A DNA stretch of 32,000 bases, taken from Prochlorococcus marinus str. NATL2A (GTDB lineage Bacteria; Cyanobacteriota; Cyanobacteriia; PCC-6307; Cyanobiaceae). The DNA is taken from NCBI RefSeq assembly GCF_000012465.1, contig NC_007335.2:1680001-1712000 (forward strand), read 5' to 3'. The notes beneath the pieces are model-generated. The model worked only from the letters and a program-made list of their open reading frames with translations, did no database searches and had not been told where the DNA came from. Each line of letters opens with the position of its first letter. The first letter of the stretch is position 1. Of the stretch, positions 20,830-30,560 are shown piece after piece. Both the position numbers and the translations under genes were made by a program.

Positions 20830-21729
20830 ATGCAACCCAATAAACCTCTTGTCGTAGCCCTTATGGGCCCAACTGCAAGTGGTAAAACTGAACTTGCGAT
20901 TGATATTGCAAAAAAAATCAATTCTAATATTCACAATATTGATTCTCGCCAAATTTATATTGATATGGATATTGGCACCGCAAAGCCAACAGCAGTTCAA
21001 CAAAGCCAAGTAAACCATTTCCTTATTGATATTTGCTTGCCATCTAAACCAATCAATCTTCATGATTTTCAATCCATAGCCAAAACATCCATTGAGAGAG
21101 ATTTAGAAAAAAAGGGTTTAACTTTACTTGTAGGAGGAAGTGGTTTATATCTGCAAGCCTTAATTGGAGGACTTAATCCTCCAGCGGTACCTCCTCAAAA
21201 ATTCTTAAGAGATCAACTTAAAAAAATCGATAAAGCCGAACGACACAAATTATTAAAGCTTTGTGACCCTTTCTCAGCGCAGAGAATACATCCAGAAGAC
21301 TCAATAAGAATAATTCGTGCTCTTGAAGTTTTTTATGCAACAGGAAGAATGTTTTCGAAGGCTAAAAACATGAGGCCTACTCCTTGGAGAGTTTTGGAAC
21401 TTGGATTAAATCCTGAAAATTTAACCAGTAGAATTCAACTTAGAACTAGAGAAATGTATAAAAAAGGGTTAGTAGAAGAAACAGGAGATTTGATCAATAA
21501 ATACGGAAATAATTTACAGTTGCTTAAAACTATTGGATATGGTGAAGCAAGGTCTATGATTAATGGAAAGATTAATTATGAGGAGGCTTTAGAAATAACA
21601 ATAAAACGAACTTGCCAATTAGCCAAAAGACAAAAAACTTGGTTTAGAAATAAGCATAATTCTAAATGGCTAAATGATGAGAATGCATTACCCGAAGCTT
21701 TAGCTTCTATCTATGAGTTTCTTGGTTGA
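20830..21729 (+). CDS. miaA: tRNA dimethylallyltransferase
   Basis: P-loop [26 protein letters not shown] and RRIIRALEV-like (IRIIRALEV) motifs. Confidence 0.93.
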   Translation: MQPNKPLVVALMGPTASGKTELAIDIAKKINSNIHNIDSRQIYIDMDIGTAKPTAVQQSQVNHFLIDICLPSKPINLHDFQSIAKTSIERDLEKKGLTLLVGGSGLYLQALIGGLNPPAVPPQKFLRDQLKKIDKAERHKLLKLCDPFSAQRIHPEDSIRIIRALEVFYATGRMFSKAKNMRPTPWRVLELGLNPENLTSRIQLRTREMYKKGLVEETGDLINKYGNNLQLLKTIGYGEARSMINGKINYEEALEITIKRTCQLAKRQKTWFRNKHNSKWLNDENALPEALASIYEFLG

Positions 21730-21788
21730 TGAGATCATATATGCTTAGAATTGCTCCAAAAGGTTTTTCCACGTTAATTAATTACTGA

Positions 21789-22397
21789 ATGCCACCACGT
21801 CCCCGTTTTGATCGTCGCGCTCCAGAAAGGGAGTTGCCCAATATTAATGAAAGAATCAGCTATTCGAGCTTGAGGGTTGTTGATTCAGATGGCACTCAAC
21901 TTGGAGTCATCAGTCGCGAGGACGCTTTAGAGGTCGCTAAAGAGAGAGAATTAGATCTTGTTCTAGTAAGTGAGAAGGCGACTCCTCCTGTATGCCGAAT
22001 AATGAATTATGGGAAATTTAAGTTTGAGCAAGAAAAAAAAGCAAAAGAAGCTAAGAAAAAATCACATCAAACAGAAGTTAAAGAAGTAAAAATGAGGTAT
22101 AAAATTGATCAGCATGATTATCAGGTCCGTATTAGTCAGGCCACTAGATTCTTAAAGGCTGGAGATAAAGTCAAATGCACAGTTATATTTAGAGGCCGCG
22201 AAATTCAACATACTGCTCTAGCAGAGACACTTTTAAAAAGAATGGCCAAGGATTTGGAAGAAAAGGCTGAAGTACAACAATCGCCCAAAAGAGAGGGAAG
22301 AAATATGATCATGTTTTTAACTCCGCGTAAAACTCCTCTTTTAAAGAAAGAGAGTGAAATAACTGAGCCCAAAAAAGCTTTGAGAACAATTGATTAA
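21789..22397 (+). CDS. infC: Translation initiation factor IF-3
   Basis: [43 protein letters not shown] and C-domain [10 protein letters not shown]. It starts at a canonical ATG with a TGA immediately upstream in frame. Confidence 0.95.
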   Translation: MPPRPRFDRRAPERELPNINERISYSSLRVVDSDGTQLGVISREDALEVAKERELDLVLVSEKATPPVCRIMNYGKFKFEQEKKAKEAKKKSHQTEVKEVKMRYKIDQHDYQVRISQATRFLKAGDKVKCTVIFRGREIQHTALAETLLKRMAKDLEEKAEVQQSPKREGRNMIMFLTPRKTPLLKKESEITEPKKALRTID

Positions 22398-22408
22398 ATT
22401 AAACAAAA

Positions 22409-22422
22409 TTGTCATATGACAA
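22409..22422. promoter_or_regulatory. Perfect 14-bp palindrome TTGTCATATGACAA, a candidate GntR-type operator, with an extra AAAATTGTCA half-site copy at 22427-22436
   Basis: Read directly from the sequence. It lies in the 91-nt infC/GntR intergenic region, 67 nt upstream of the regulator's GTG. It fits the generic GntR operator architecture GT-Nx-AC. Confidence 0.4.
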
Positions 22423-22488
22423 ACAAAAAATTGTCACTGGCTATTCTTTTTATTAATCTAGCCACATTCACACCTGGCATATCAACGC

Positions 22489-23478
22489 GTGAGATTCCAC
22501 ATACAACAGGACAGTGAAATCCCGGCATCAAGCCAGTTATATAACCAAGTTTGTTTTGCTATTGCAGCAAGACATTACCCACCTGGACATAGGTTGCCCA
22601 GTACTAGGCAACTTGCGATGCAAACTGGTTTACATCGAAATACTATAAGCAAAGTCTATAGACAGCTAGAAAAAGATGGAGTTGTTGAAGCTATTGCAGG
22701 TTCAGGTATTTATGTTCGGGATCAGCAAAAACAAAAAGATTTAAGAAGTAGCTCTCATGCACTACGTAAAAAAGGTATCCAAGATATAGACCATGAAGTC
22801 CGTAAAAGTATTGATGAACTTTTAAATACGGGATGCACCTTGCAGCAAACGAGAGAATTATTTACCCGTGAAATTGATTGGAGGCTGAGATGCGGAGCTC
22901 GCTTACTTGTTAGTACTCCTAGAGAAGATATTGGAGCATCATTACTAATTGCTGAAGAATTGGCTCCTCATTTAGATGTCCCAGTCGAGGTTGTTCCAAT
23001 GGAAGAACTAGAGAGTGTTTTAGAAAGCTCAAGCAAAGGAACAGTCGTGACAAGCAGATATTTCTTACAGCCTTTGGAAGAATTAGCAAACCGACATCAA
23101 GTTCGAGCTGTCGCTGTAGATCTCAGCGATTTTCAAAAAGAACTAACCATATTAAAAAAACTTCGCTCAGGCAGTTGTGTAGGAATAGTTAGTATTAGCC
23201 CAGGAATATTAAGAGCAGCAGAGGTTATTTTACACAGTATGCGAGGCAACGAATTACTTTTGATGACTGCAAATCCCGATGTAGGTAGTAGATTAATAGC
23301 TTTACTAAGGGCTGCCAGTCATGTGATTTGTGACAGCCCAAGCCTTCCTCTTGTGGAACATACTCTCAGGCAAAATCGTTCACAATTAATGCGCATGCCT
23401 CAAATACATTGTGCACATAAATATCTTAGTGACTCTACAATTGAGGAGCTTCGAAAAGAGATTGGTCTCTTAGAGTAA
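22489..23478 (+). CDS. plmA: GntR-family transcriptional regulator with a long C-terminal domain (cyanobacterial PlmA-like)
   Basis: N-terminal winged HTH (LPSTRQLAMQTGLHRNTISKVYRQLEKDGVVEAIAGSGIYV) followed by about 250 aa that is not FadR/HutC/MocR-like. The size and architecture match the cyanobacteria-specific PlmA subfamily. This assignment is from memory and is tentative. The GTG start at 22489 is required by the conserved N-terminus. Confidence 0.8.
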   Translation: MRFHIQQDSEIPASSQLYNQVCFAIAARHYPPGHRLPSTRQLAMQTGLHRNTISKVYRQLEKDGVVEAIAGSGIYVRDQQKQKDLRSSSHALRKKGIQDIDHEVRKSIDELLNTGCTLQQTRELFTREIDWRLRCGARLLVSTPREDIGASLLIAEELAPHLDVPVEVVPMEELESVLESSSKGTVVTSRYFLQPLEELANRHQVRAVAVDLSDFQKELTILKKLRSGSCVGIVSISPGILRAAEVILHSMRGNELLLMTANPDVGSRLIALLRAASHVICDSPSLPLVEHTLRQNRSQLMRMPQIHCAHKYLSDSTIEELRKEIGLLE

Positions 23479-23481
23479 TCA

Positions 23482-24222
23482 ATGCTTAAAATTATTAAGG
23501 CAGATTTCTCAATTATCAAAGAAAGAGATCCGGCTGCTAGAGGTTTTTTAGAGATTGTTTTTTGTTACCCAGGGTTTCAAGCCCTGGTTGTACATAGAAT
23601 TAGTCATAAACTCTGGAATCTAAAACTTCCACTAGTCCCAAGATTACTCAGCCAAATAACACGGTTTTTAACAGGTGTAGAGATTCATCCGGGAGCGAAA
23701 ATTGGTAAAGCTGTATTTATAGATCATGGAATGGGAGTTGTTATTGGCGAGACGAGTGAGATAGGCAACAGATGCCTTTTATATCAAGGAGTTACTCTTG
23801 GTGGAACAGGTAAAGAAAATGGGAAAAGACATCCAACTTTAGAAGCAAATGTTGTCGTTGGAGCCGGAGCTAAAGTTCTTGGTGCAATCATTGTTGGCAC
23901 GAATACAAGAATTGGGGCTGGGTCAGTGGTAGTTAGAGATGTAGAAGCTGATAGCACTGTAGTAGGGATCCCAGGCAGGGTAGTGCATCAAAGTGGAGTC
24001 AAAATCAATCCACTTGCTCACTCTGCGTTACCTGATACAGAAGGAAATGTAATAAGAAATTTAATGGAAAGAATTGATGAGCTTGAAAATCAAGTAATTA
24101 ACTTTCAAGAGATAATCAGAAATTCAAATATAGGGATAAATGATAAGAACTTCCATCAAGGAGAATCACAAAATTTAAAAGACAAAGAAATCATCGAATT
24201 CATCGGAAAGAATAAAAAATAA
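23482..24222 (+). CDS. cysE: Serine O-acetyltransferase
   Basis: SATase N-domain (IIKERDPAARGFLEIVFCYPGFQAL..HRISH) and the left-handed beta-helix hexapeptide region (IHPGAKIGKAVFIDHGMGVVIGETSEIGN...). Confidence 0.92.
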   Translation: MLKIIKADFSIIKERDPAARGFLEIVFCYPGFQALVVHRISHKLWNLKLPLVPRLLSQITRFLTGVEIHPGAKIGKAVFIDHGMGVVIGETSEIGNRCLLYQGVTLGGTGKENGKRHPTLEANVVVGAGAKVLGAIIVGTNTRIGAGSVVVRDVEADSTVVGIPGRVVHQSGVKINPLAHSALPDTEGNVIRNLMERIDELENQVINFQEIIRNSNIGINDKNFHQGESQNLKDKEIIEFIGKNKK

Positions 24223-24244
24223 TAGATAAAATTTAGTATTATTT

Positions 24245-25042
24245 TCAAACCAAGAAAGGTAATTTTCCACTACTCTTTTTTAGAAAATTTAGAGAGAAGT
24301 ATATTCCTACAAAGTTAATAATTAGTATTAATAATGATTCTCTATAATTAACAAATCCACTATTAATGCTGACTCTTAAAGGGTCTAAAATTCTATAAAA
24401 TAAATTAACATCAGTTATCCAGCCTATATTACCTAAACTCTCTTTTCTGTATAATATTGGAGATGTTAAAAAGACTATTTGCATAATTATTGGAACTAGT
24501 TGAGCCAGATCAGTATATCTAATACTGATCAAACAAAGAAGCAAAGGAAACCAATAAATGAATAAAACAAAATTGAGCATGGGAATCCATGACGCAGTAC
24601 ATATATTTATTAGTAATACAGGTTTAAAAAGTAAAAGTACAATAAAAACCAGCAAGAAAGACTGAAAAAAAGTCTGAATCTGAAATGCCCATTCTTCTAA
24701 GGTATAAAATAATGGCCTTAAGTTCATATTTTTTATATTTGAGGAATTATTAGAAAAAAGATTAGGAGCCATACAAACAGATGAAGAAATTGTATTCCAA
24801 ATAACCAATCCAATTCCTAGATATACAAAATACGAACTGAAGTCTTGAACTTTAAAAACAGTTCCATACACAAAACCTAAAGTTGAGATTGACAGTAAGT
24901 TTGAAAATCCTAGCCAAAAGCTACCAAGAGTAGTTCTTGCAAATCTTGCTCTTGTTCTAGATGTAGCGGTATACCACCATACTCTTCTGTTATTTATAGC
25001 AAACTTAAAATCATCAATTATCATTGCTGTGGATATAATCAT
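24245..25042 (-). CDS. ABC-2-type exporter permease (Wzm/KpsM/TagG-like)
   Basis: 265 aa with about 6 TM. ABC-2 membrane-family features are present: N-terminal basic segment + LGSFWLGFSNLL, NIKNMNLRP, RYTDLAQLVPIIMQIVFLTSPILY. It overlaps the upstream ATPase gene by 29 nt. Confidence 0.8.
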   Translation of the reverse strand: MIISTAMIIDDFKFAINNRRVWWYTATSRTRARFARTTLGSFWLGFSNLLSISTLGFVYGTVFKVQDFSSYFVYLGIGLVIWNTISSSVCMAPNLFSNNSSNIKNMNLRPLFYTLEEWAFQIQTFFQSFLLVFIVLLLFKPVLLINICTASWIPMLNFVLFIYWFPLLLCLISIRYTDLAQLVPIIMQIVFLTSPILYRKESLGNIGWITDVNLFYRILDPLRVSINSGFVNYRESLLILIINFVGIYFSLNFLKKSSGKLPFLV

Positions 25043-26393
25043 GAGTGTGATAATAATTTAATGAAGCATCTAGTGAGCCATCATAAACAACTTGCCCATG
25101 GTTAAATACAATACCTCTTGTACAAAATTGTTTTAAAAGATGTTCAGAATGACTTGCAAGTATAAGAGTCCCTGAAGAATTCATAAATGATTTCATACGT
25201 TTCTCAGCCCTTTCAAAGAAATCAGAGTCTCCAGTCCCAAATCCTTCATCTATTGCTAAACAATCATGGGGTATGGATGTCAAAATTGAAAAAATTAATC
25301 TAGCACTCATTCCTTCACTATAAGTTTTAATTGGTAGTGAAATAAACTCACCTAGTCCAGAAAATTCTATAATATCTTGAAGAAATTGATCAAAACCATT
25401 TAAACTTTTATTTACTAGCAAATAATGTGCCTTGGCTGCATCAACGCCAGTGAGATCTGTACTTGTTAAAAAACTTTTTTGAAGCATGGGATACACATCG
25501 ACTTCAACATCTAAATCACCTTCTGTAGGTAAATAAATACCAGAAATAACCTTTAAGAAGCTAGTCTTGCCTGAACCGTTATGACCAATTAACGCAACTC
25601 TTTCTCCATTCATAATTGTCAAATTTATATTTCTCAAAGCCTCAATTTTTGTAGTTGTTTTATTTTTGACTAATTGACCACCAATAATAGAGTTTAAAAC
25701 ACCTTTTGTTAAAAGATTAGATAACTTTTGATCGTGTTTAAAAGAAATTGGAATTGTTAGAGATAAGTTTCTAATTTTTATTATTGCTTTTGTTGATGTA
25801 TTAATTTTCTCAAAGCTCATCTTATGAAGTATTTCTGTAACGGCATACTTATCCAAATGATAACTTGAATCGACTTTGTTCAGATAATTTATACCGACTT
25901 GAAGAGCTTTCCCTAAGATCCAAGGATCAATAGAATCTGGCTTATATGCATTTATCCAACAAATATCTTTACTTATTTGATCGGTAAATAATTGAGCAGC
26001 TTGTACTTTTTTTTCTAGGACTTCAACATCCTTCAAAGAAATATTATCAATTTTTTCTTCAATGTTAGACTGCTCAATAGTCAACATAGATGCTAATTCG
26101 TATATCTTTAATTCACCTCTTTTACACTTTAAAGACCAAGTATTTAAACTATCAAAATCTGCTTTTCTTGCAAATAAATTCAAGTAAATTTGATTAATTT
26201 GAAACTCTATAGAATTCACAGATGTTAAACTTTTCTTATACTCCTCTTGTGATGAAAAAGCCTTTGCGACATCAATTAAATTTGCTTTATCTTCTGATTT
26301 TGATAACCAGTAATTCATTCCCGCAGGATCACATGGTCTACCAAAAAATGCGATATATAGCTTCTGCAGTTCATTAGAGTTAAATGATGTCAT
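25014..26393 (-). CDS. ABC exporter ATP-binding protein (Wzt/KpsT/TagH-like) with a ~200-aa N-terminal extension carrying two DUF4214-like repeats
   Basis: The NBD spans about aa 205-459: Walker A GHNGSGKTS, signature YSEGMSARL (the YSxGM variant typical of polysaccharide exporters), Walker B CLAIDE and H-loop ASHS. The N-terminal repeats are LQKLYIAFFGRPCDPAGMNYWLSK...AKAFSSQEEYKK (nt ~26229-26372) and INQIYLNLFARKADFDSLNTWSL... (nt ~26079-26207). The extension has no TM segment. Confidence 0.85.
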   Translation of the reverse strand: MTSFNSNELQKLYIAFFGRPCDPAGMNYWLSKSEDKANLIDVAKAFSSQEEYKKSLTSVNSIEFQINQIYLNLFARKADFDSLNTWSLKCKRGELKIYELASMLTIEQSNIEEKIDNISLKDVEVLEKKVQAAQLFTDQISKDICWINAYKPDSIDPWILGKALQVGINYLNKVDSSYHLDKYAVTEILHKMSFEKINTSTKAIIKIRNLSLTIPISFKHDQKLSNLLTKGVLNSIIGGQLVKNKTTTKIEALRNINLTIMNGERVALIGHNGSGKTSFLKVISGIYLPTEGDLDVEVDVYPMLQKSFLTSTDLTGVDAAKAHYLLVNKSLNGFDQFLQDIIEFSGLGEFISLPIKTYSEGMSARLIFSILTSIPHDCLAIDEGFGTGDSDFFERAEKRMKSFMNSSGTLILASHSEHLLKQFCTRGIVFNHGQVVYDGSLDASLNYYHTHDYIHSNDN

Positions 26394-26410
26394 TTACATC
26401 ACTTTATTAT

Positions 26411-29239
26411 TCATGATTCAACTTTCTTAGTTGTTGGTTGAAACATAAACATTGAATAAATAACATTTCTCCGAAAATTAATCATCATCTCTAAAAACAT
26501 GTCATATCCTTCATTTTTATACTCGATTAATGGATCTTTTTGTCCATAGCCTCTTAAACCAACAGATTCACGTAAGGAGTCCATTGATTGAAGATGTTCT
26601 CTCCATAGTGTATCAAGTTGTTGAAGCATGAAAAATTTTTCAGCTTCTCTCATAATCCCTGGATGTGTTTCTTCTAATTGAGCCTCTTTCAGATCGTAAG
26701 CATTTCTCATTTGCTCTTGTAAAAAAACTTTTAATTGATTAGTGTCTAAACCTATTAATTCGGAGCTTTTTAAGTCATTTAAAAGATAAATAAATTCTTG
26801 TACTTTCCCTACTAATTTATCAAGCTCCCATTCTTCTGGAGGTAACTCTTCATTGATATATGCATCGACAATTTCTCCCATAGTTTTTTCACCATAACTA
26901 ATCACTTGAGATTTTAATTCTTGCCCCTTAAGCACTCTTCTTCTCTCGCTATAAACTGCTTTTCGTTGATTATTCATTACTTCGTCATATTCAAAAACTT
27001 GTTTTCTAATGTCGTAATAGTAAGTTTCAACTTTTTTCTGAGCTCCCTCCAAAGATCTTGTTAACATTCCAGACTCAATTGGCATATCTTCTTCAACCCT
27101 AAAGGCATTCATAAGTCCTGCGACTCGATCCCCTCCGAAAATCCTCAATAAATTATCTTCCAAAGAGAGAAAAAATCTAGTACTGCCAAAATCTCCTTGT
27201 CTTCCAGCTCTTCCTCTCAATTGATTATCAACTCTTCTTGATTCGTGACGCTCAGTCCCAATCACATGAAGGCCTCCAGCCTCTGTTACCAACTTCTCTT
27301 CATTATTGGTAATAACCTCGTACTCGGTTTTTATTGAGTGAATTGCTCTTCTTATAGCCAAAATATTTTCATCTTTTGTTGGTGTCTTTTCTGCAGCAGT
27401 AGCTATGTAATCCTCCAATTCTCCAAGTGTCAAAGCTCTATCTCCCCATTCTTTAACAAGTTTTGCAGCTAATTGGCCAAGTTCATTATCAGTTTTATCG
27501 GATAAAATAACCGGAAAAAGGTTATTTAGTGAGCTAGATTGATTGCTAGTTTTTGCTTCTGCCTTAACCTCGAGAGATTTAAAACCTGAAGCTTTATCCC
27601 TTTGCAAAGGAACTGGGGGATTATGTCTATCCTCAGGTTTAACCAAACGAGAACTTAAAACCTGTTTTATTTTTAGCTTGGCCATATATTCACTATTCCC
27701 ACCAAGGATTATATCCGTACCTCTTCCAGCCATATTGGTGGCAATAGTTACTGCTCCTTTTCTCCCTGCTTGTGCAACAATTTCTGATTCTCTCTCTACA
27801 TTTTCAGGCTTAGCATTCAACAAATTATGTGGAATATTTTCCTCAGCGAGAAGTGTACTTAATAATTCACTTTTTTCAACACTTGTAGTCCCTACAAGTA
27901 TTGGTCTACCTTGTTTATTAATTAATGAAGTTTCTTTGGCAACAGCACGCCATTTAGCATTTTCAGTTTTAAAGACTTGATCAACCCAATCCTCTCTTGA
28001 AACTTTTTTATTAGTTGGAATAACACTTGTTTTTAATTTATATGTTTTGTCAAATTCCACCTCCTCTGTTTTAGCAGTGCCTGTCATTCCAGACAGACGA
28101 GGATAAAGAAGAAAGAAATTCTGATAAGTAATTGACGCTAAAGTCTGAGTCTCTGGCTGTATGGCTAAATTTTCCTTTGCTTCAATGGCTTGATGCTGTC
28201 CATCACTCCATCTCCTTCCTGGCATTACCCTCCCGGTGAATTCATCAACTATCACAGCCTCTCCATTACGGACTATATAGTTAACGTCTTTTGTAAAAAG
28301 TTCTTTTGCCTTTAAGGCATTTGTAACGTAATGAGCCCATGGATCTTTGGGATCGAAAAGATCTTTAACTTCTAAAAGTTCCTCTGTTTTTGCAAACCCA
28401 TCATCAGTTAAAACGCAACTTCTTTGTTTCTCATCAACTTCATAATCGCCTTCGGGATCAATTCCATCTTTGCCTAACTCCGAAGCTCTCTGTAATTTCA
28501 TAACAACTTCTGCAGCCTTTTGATATTTCTCCTGAGGGCGTTCAACTTGACCGGAAATGATTAGTGGAGTACGAGCTTCATCTATAAGAATTGAATCAAC
28601 TTCATCGATCACACAAAATTGAAAATCTCTTTGAACAATCTCCGCTTTATCGGCAGCCATGTTATCTCGCAAATAATCAAAACCCAATTCAGAATTGGTT
28701 GCATATGTAATGTCACATTGATAGTTTTTTTTCCTCTCTCGAGGATTCATATCCTGCTGTATTAAACCAACTTCTAATCCAAGAAAACGGTGTACTTGTC
28801 CCATCCATTCAGCATCCCTCTTAGCTAAATAATCATTAACCGTAACAACATGAACACCTTTTCCAGTTAAAGCATTTAGATAACTAGGCAAAGTAGAAAC
28901 AAGCGTTTTTCCTTCACCAGTTTTCATTTCCGCTATCTGTCCCTCATGTAAAACCATTCCTCCAATAAGTTGGACATCAAAATGTCTCATTCCAAGAACT
29001 CGCTTGGAAGCCTCTCTTACAACAGCAAAAGCGTTTGGTAACAACTCATCTAAAATTTTTAATTGTTTATCTGAATTTTCAGCTTTCTCTAGCCTTTGCC
29101 TAAATTCATTTGTGCTACCCCTAAGCTCTTCGTCACTCAACACGGAAATGTCTTCTTCTAAAATATTGATCTCTGAAACTATTGGATAATAATTTTTCAG
29201 TCTTCTTTTATTAGGATCCCCAAGCAACTGTCCAAACAT
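26411..29239 (-). CDS. secA: Preprotein translocase ATPase SecA
   Basis: Motifs [12 protein letters not shown] and [19 protein letters not shown], with NBD2, HSD and HWD regions. At 942 aa it includes the NBD2 variable insertion that I recall being typical of cyanobacterial/plastid SecA. Confidence 0.97.
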   Translation of the reverse strand: MFGQLLGDPNKRRLKNYYPIVSEINILEEDISVLSDEELRGSTNEFRQRLEKAENSDKQLKILDELLPNAFAVVREASKRVLGMRHFDVQLIGGMVLHEGQIAEMKTGEGKTLVSTLPSYLNALTGKGVHVVTVNDYLAKRDAEWMGQVHRFLGLEVGLIQQDMNPRERKKNYQCDITYATNSELGFDYLRDNMAADKAEIVQRDFQFCVIDEVDSILIDEARTPLIISGQVERPQEKYQKAAEVVMKLQRASELGKDGIDPEGDYEVDEKQRSCVLTDDGFAKTEELLEVKDLFDPKDPWAHYVTNALKAKELFTKDVNYIVRNGEAVIVDEFTGRVMPGRRWSDGQHQAIEAKENLAIQPETQTLASITYQNFFLLYPRLSGMTGTAKTEEVEFDKTYKLKTSVIPTNKKVSREDWVDQVFKTENAKWRAVAKETSLINKQGRPILVGTTSVEKSELLSTLLAEENIPHNLLNAKPENVERESEIVAQAGRKGAVTIATNMAGRGTDIILGGNSEYMAKLKIKQVLSSRLVKPEDRHNPPVPLQRDKASGFKSLEVKAEAKTSNQSSSLNNLFPVILSDKTDNELGQLAAKLVKEWGDRALTLGELEDYIATAAEKTPTKDENILAIRRAIHSIKTEYEVITNNEEKLVTEAGGLHVIGTERHESRRVDNQLRGRAGRQGDFGSTRFFLSLEDNLLRIFGGDRVAGLMNAFRVEEDMPIESGMLTRSLEGAQKKVETYYYDIRKQVFEYDEVMNNQRKAVYSERRRVLKGQELKSQVISYGEKTMGEIVDAYINEELPPEEWELDKLVGKVQEFIYLLNDLKSSELIGLDTNQLKVFLQEQMRNAYDLKEAQLEETHPGIMREAEKFFMLQQLDTLWREHLQSMDSLRESVGLRGYGQKDPLIEYKNEGYDMFLEMMINFRRNVIYSMFMFQPTTKKVES

Positions 29240-29437
29240 TCAAAATAAATTTAATTCCCTTCATTATATGATGCTTGAGATCGATATCACTTAATATAAA
29301 ATATTAAATAAGTATTCATACACGTAACAATCAGTTTTTCTGCTTATGTTTTATAAATTAATTTGATCGTAAAAAAAATACAAAAGTATGTTTCATCGAT
29401 GCAGTAAAGTAATATTGGTTTTTATTAAGGCAAGAGT

Positions 29438-30505
29438 GTGAGCCCCCAAAAAACTGCTCTTATCACAGGCATCACAGGGCAAGATGGTAGTTACCTAGCA
29501 GAATTACTAATATCAAAAGGATATGAAGTACATGGCCTTGTTAGAAGATCAAGTCAAGTAAATACACATCTAATCGATCATTTGATAAGTGATAATGAAG
29601 AGAAAAAAAAAGTTCATTTACACTATGGAGATCTTACACACAGCACAAATTTAGTAAGAATTATAAAAGAGATTGAGCCAGATGAGATCTATAATTTAGG
29701 TGCTCAAAGTCATGTAAAAGTAAGCTTTGAATCGCCAGAGTACACAGCTCAAACTGATGCACTGGGACCTTTGCGAATACTTGAAGCTGTAAGGATCCTT
29801 GGATTAACTAAAAAGACTAGAATTTATCAAGCCAGTACGTCCGAATTATATGGCCTAATACAAGAAACACCTCAAAAAGAGACCACACCTTTTTATCCAA
29901 GAAGTCCTTACGGAGTAGCAAAATTATATGCTTATTGGATAACTATTAACTACCGTGAGTCTTATGGAATATATGCATGTAACGGCATACTTTTCAATCA
30001 TGAGTCTCCAAGAAGAGGTGAAACTTTCGTAACAAGGAAAATCACTAGAGGTTTAACAAGAATAAATTTAGGCTTAGAAAAATGCCTAGAGATGGGAAAC
30101 ATTGATTCTCTAAGGGACTGGGGACATGCAAAAGACTATGTGGAGATGCAATGGAGAATGCTTCAACAAGAGACACCTGAAGATTATGTGATTGCAACTG
30201 GCCAAACAACATCAGTTAGAAATTTTATAGAAAAATCATCTATTGCTCTGGGCTGGGGCGGAATCGAATGGGATGGAGAAAATGAGAAAGAAGTTGGCAG
30301 AAGAAAAGACAATGGAGATCTGGTAATAAAAATCAATCCAGAGTTTTACAGGCCTGCCGAAGTAGAGCAATTATTAGGTGATGCGACAAAAGCACATAAC
30401 AATCTCGGATGGAAGCCGAAAATAAAAATAGACGAATTAATAATGGAAATGATCAATGCTGATAAATTAATTGCTGAACTAGAACTAAAACAGATGTCTA
30501 TTTAA
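29438..30505 (+). CDS. gmd: GDP-mannose 4,6-dehydratase
   Basis: Rossmann motif [18 protein letters not shown], catalytic STSELYG and [10 protein letters not shown] (YxxxK), and [16 protein letters not shown] start at 29438 is required because no ATG occurs upstream of the Rossmann motif. Confidence 0.95.
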   Translation: MSPQKTALITGITGQDGSYLAELLISKGYEVHGLVRRSSQVNTHLIDHLISDNEEKKKVHLHYGDLTHSTNLVRIIKEIEPDEIYNLGAQSHVKVSFESPEYTAQTDALGPLRILEAVRILGLTKKTRIYQASTSELYGLIQETPQKETTPFYPRSPYGVAKLYAYWITINYRESYGIYACNGILFNHESPRRGETFVTRKITRGLTRINLGLEKCLEMGNIDSLRDWGHAKDYVEMQWRMLQQETPEDYVIATGQTTSVRNFIEKSSIALGWGGIEWDGENEKEVGRRKDNGDLVIKINPEFYRPAEVEQLLGDATKAHNNLGWKPKIKIDELIMEMINADKLIAELELKQMSI

Positions 30506-30560
30506 ATCAAAAAATCACCAATAATATTTTAGTTGTTATGTTATGTAAAAATATTGATTA

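Noticed and set aside
20791-21072. 93-aa ORF overlapping the miaA 5' end on the opposite strand
   Set aside because: It overlaps the conserved P-loop region of miaA, and its product is Ile/Asn/Cys-rich low complexity. The real content of this region is the gyrB/miaA divergent promoter plus miaA.
21789-21791. Atypical AUU start codon used for infC autoregulation in many bacteria
   Set aside because: The ORF begins with a normal ATG directly preceded by an in-frame TGA, so there is no evidence of the AUU mechanism.
22405-22426. The TTGTCATATGACAA palindrome as the rho-independent terminator of infC
   Set aside because: A 7+7 palindrome without a spacer cannot form a stable hairpin loop, the stem is A/T-rich, and a run of A rather than T follows it. 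An operator interpretation fits better.
27543-27980. 145-aa ORF antisense to secA
   Set aside because: It is the longest shadow ORF, but it lies entirely inside the conserved NBD2 region of secA. Its composition (Leu/Ser/Thr/Ala-rich) mirrors the complement of secA codons, and it has no start context or motifs.
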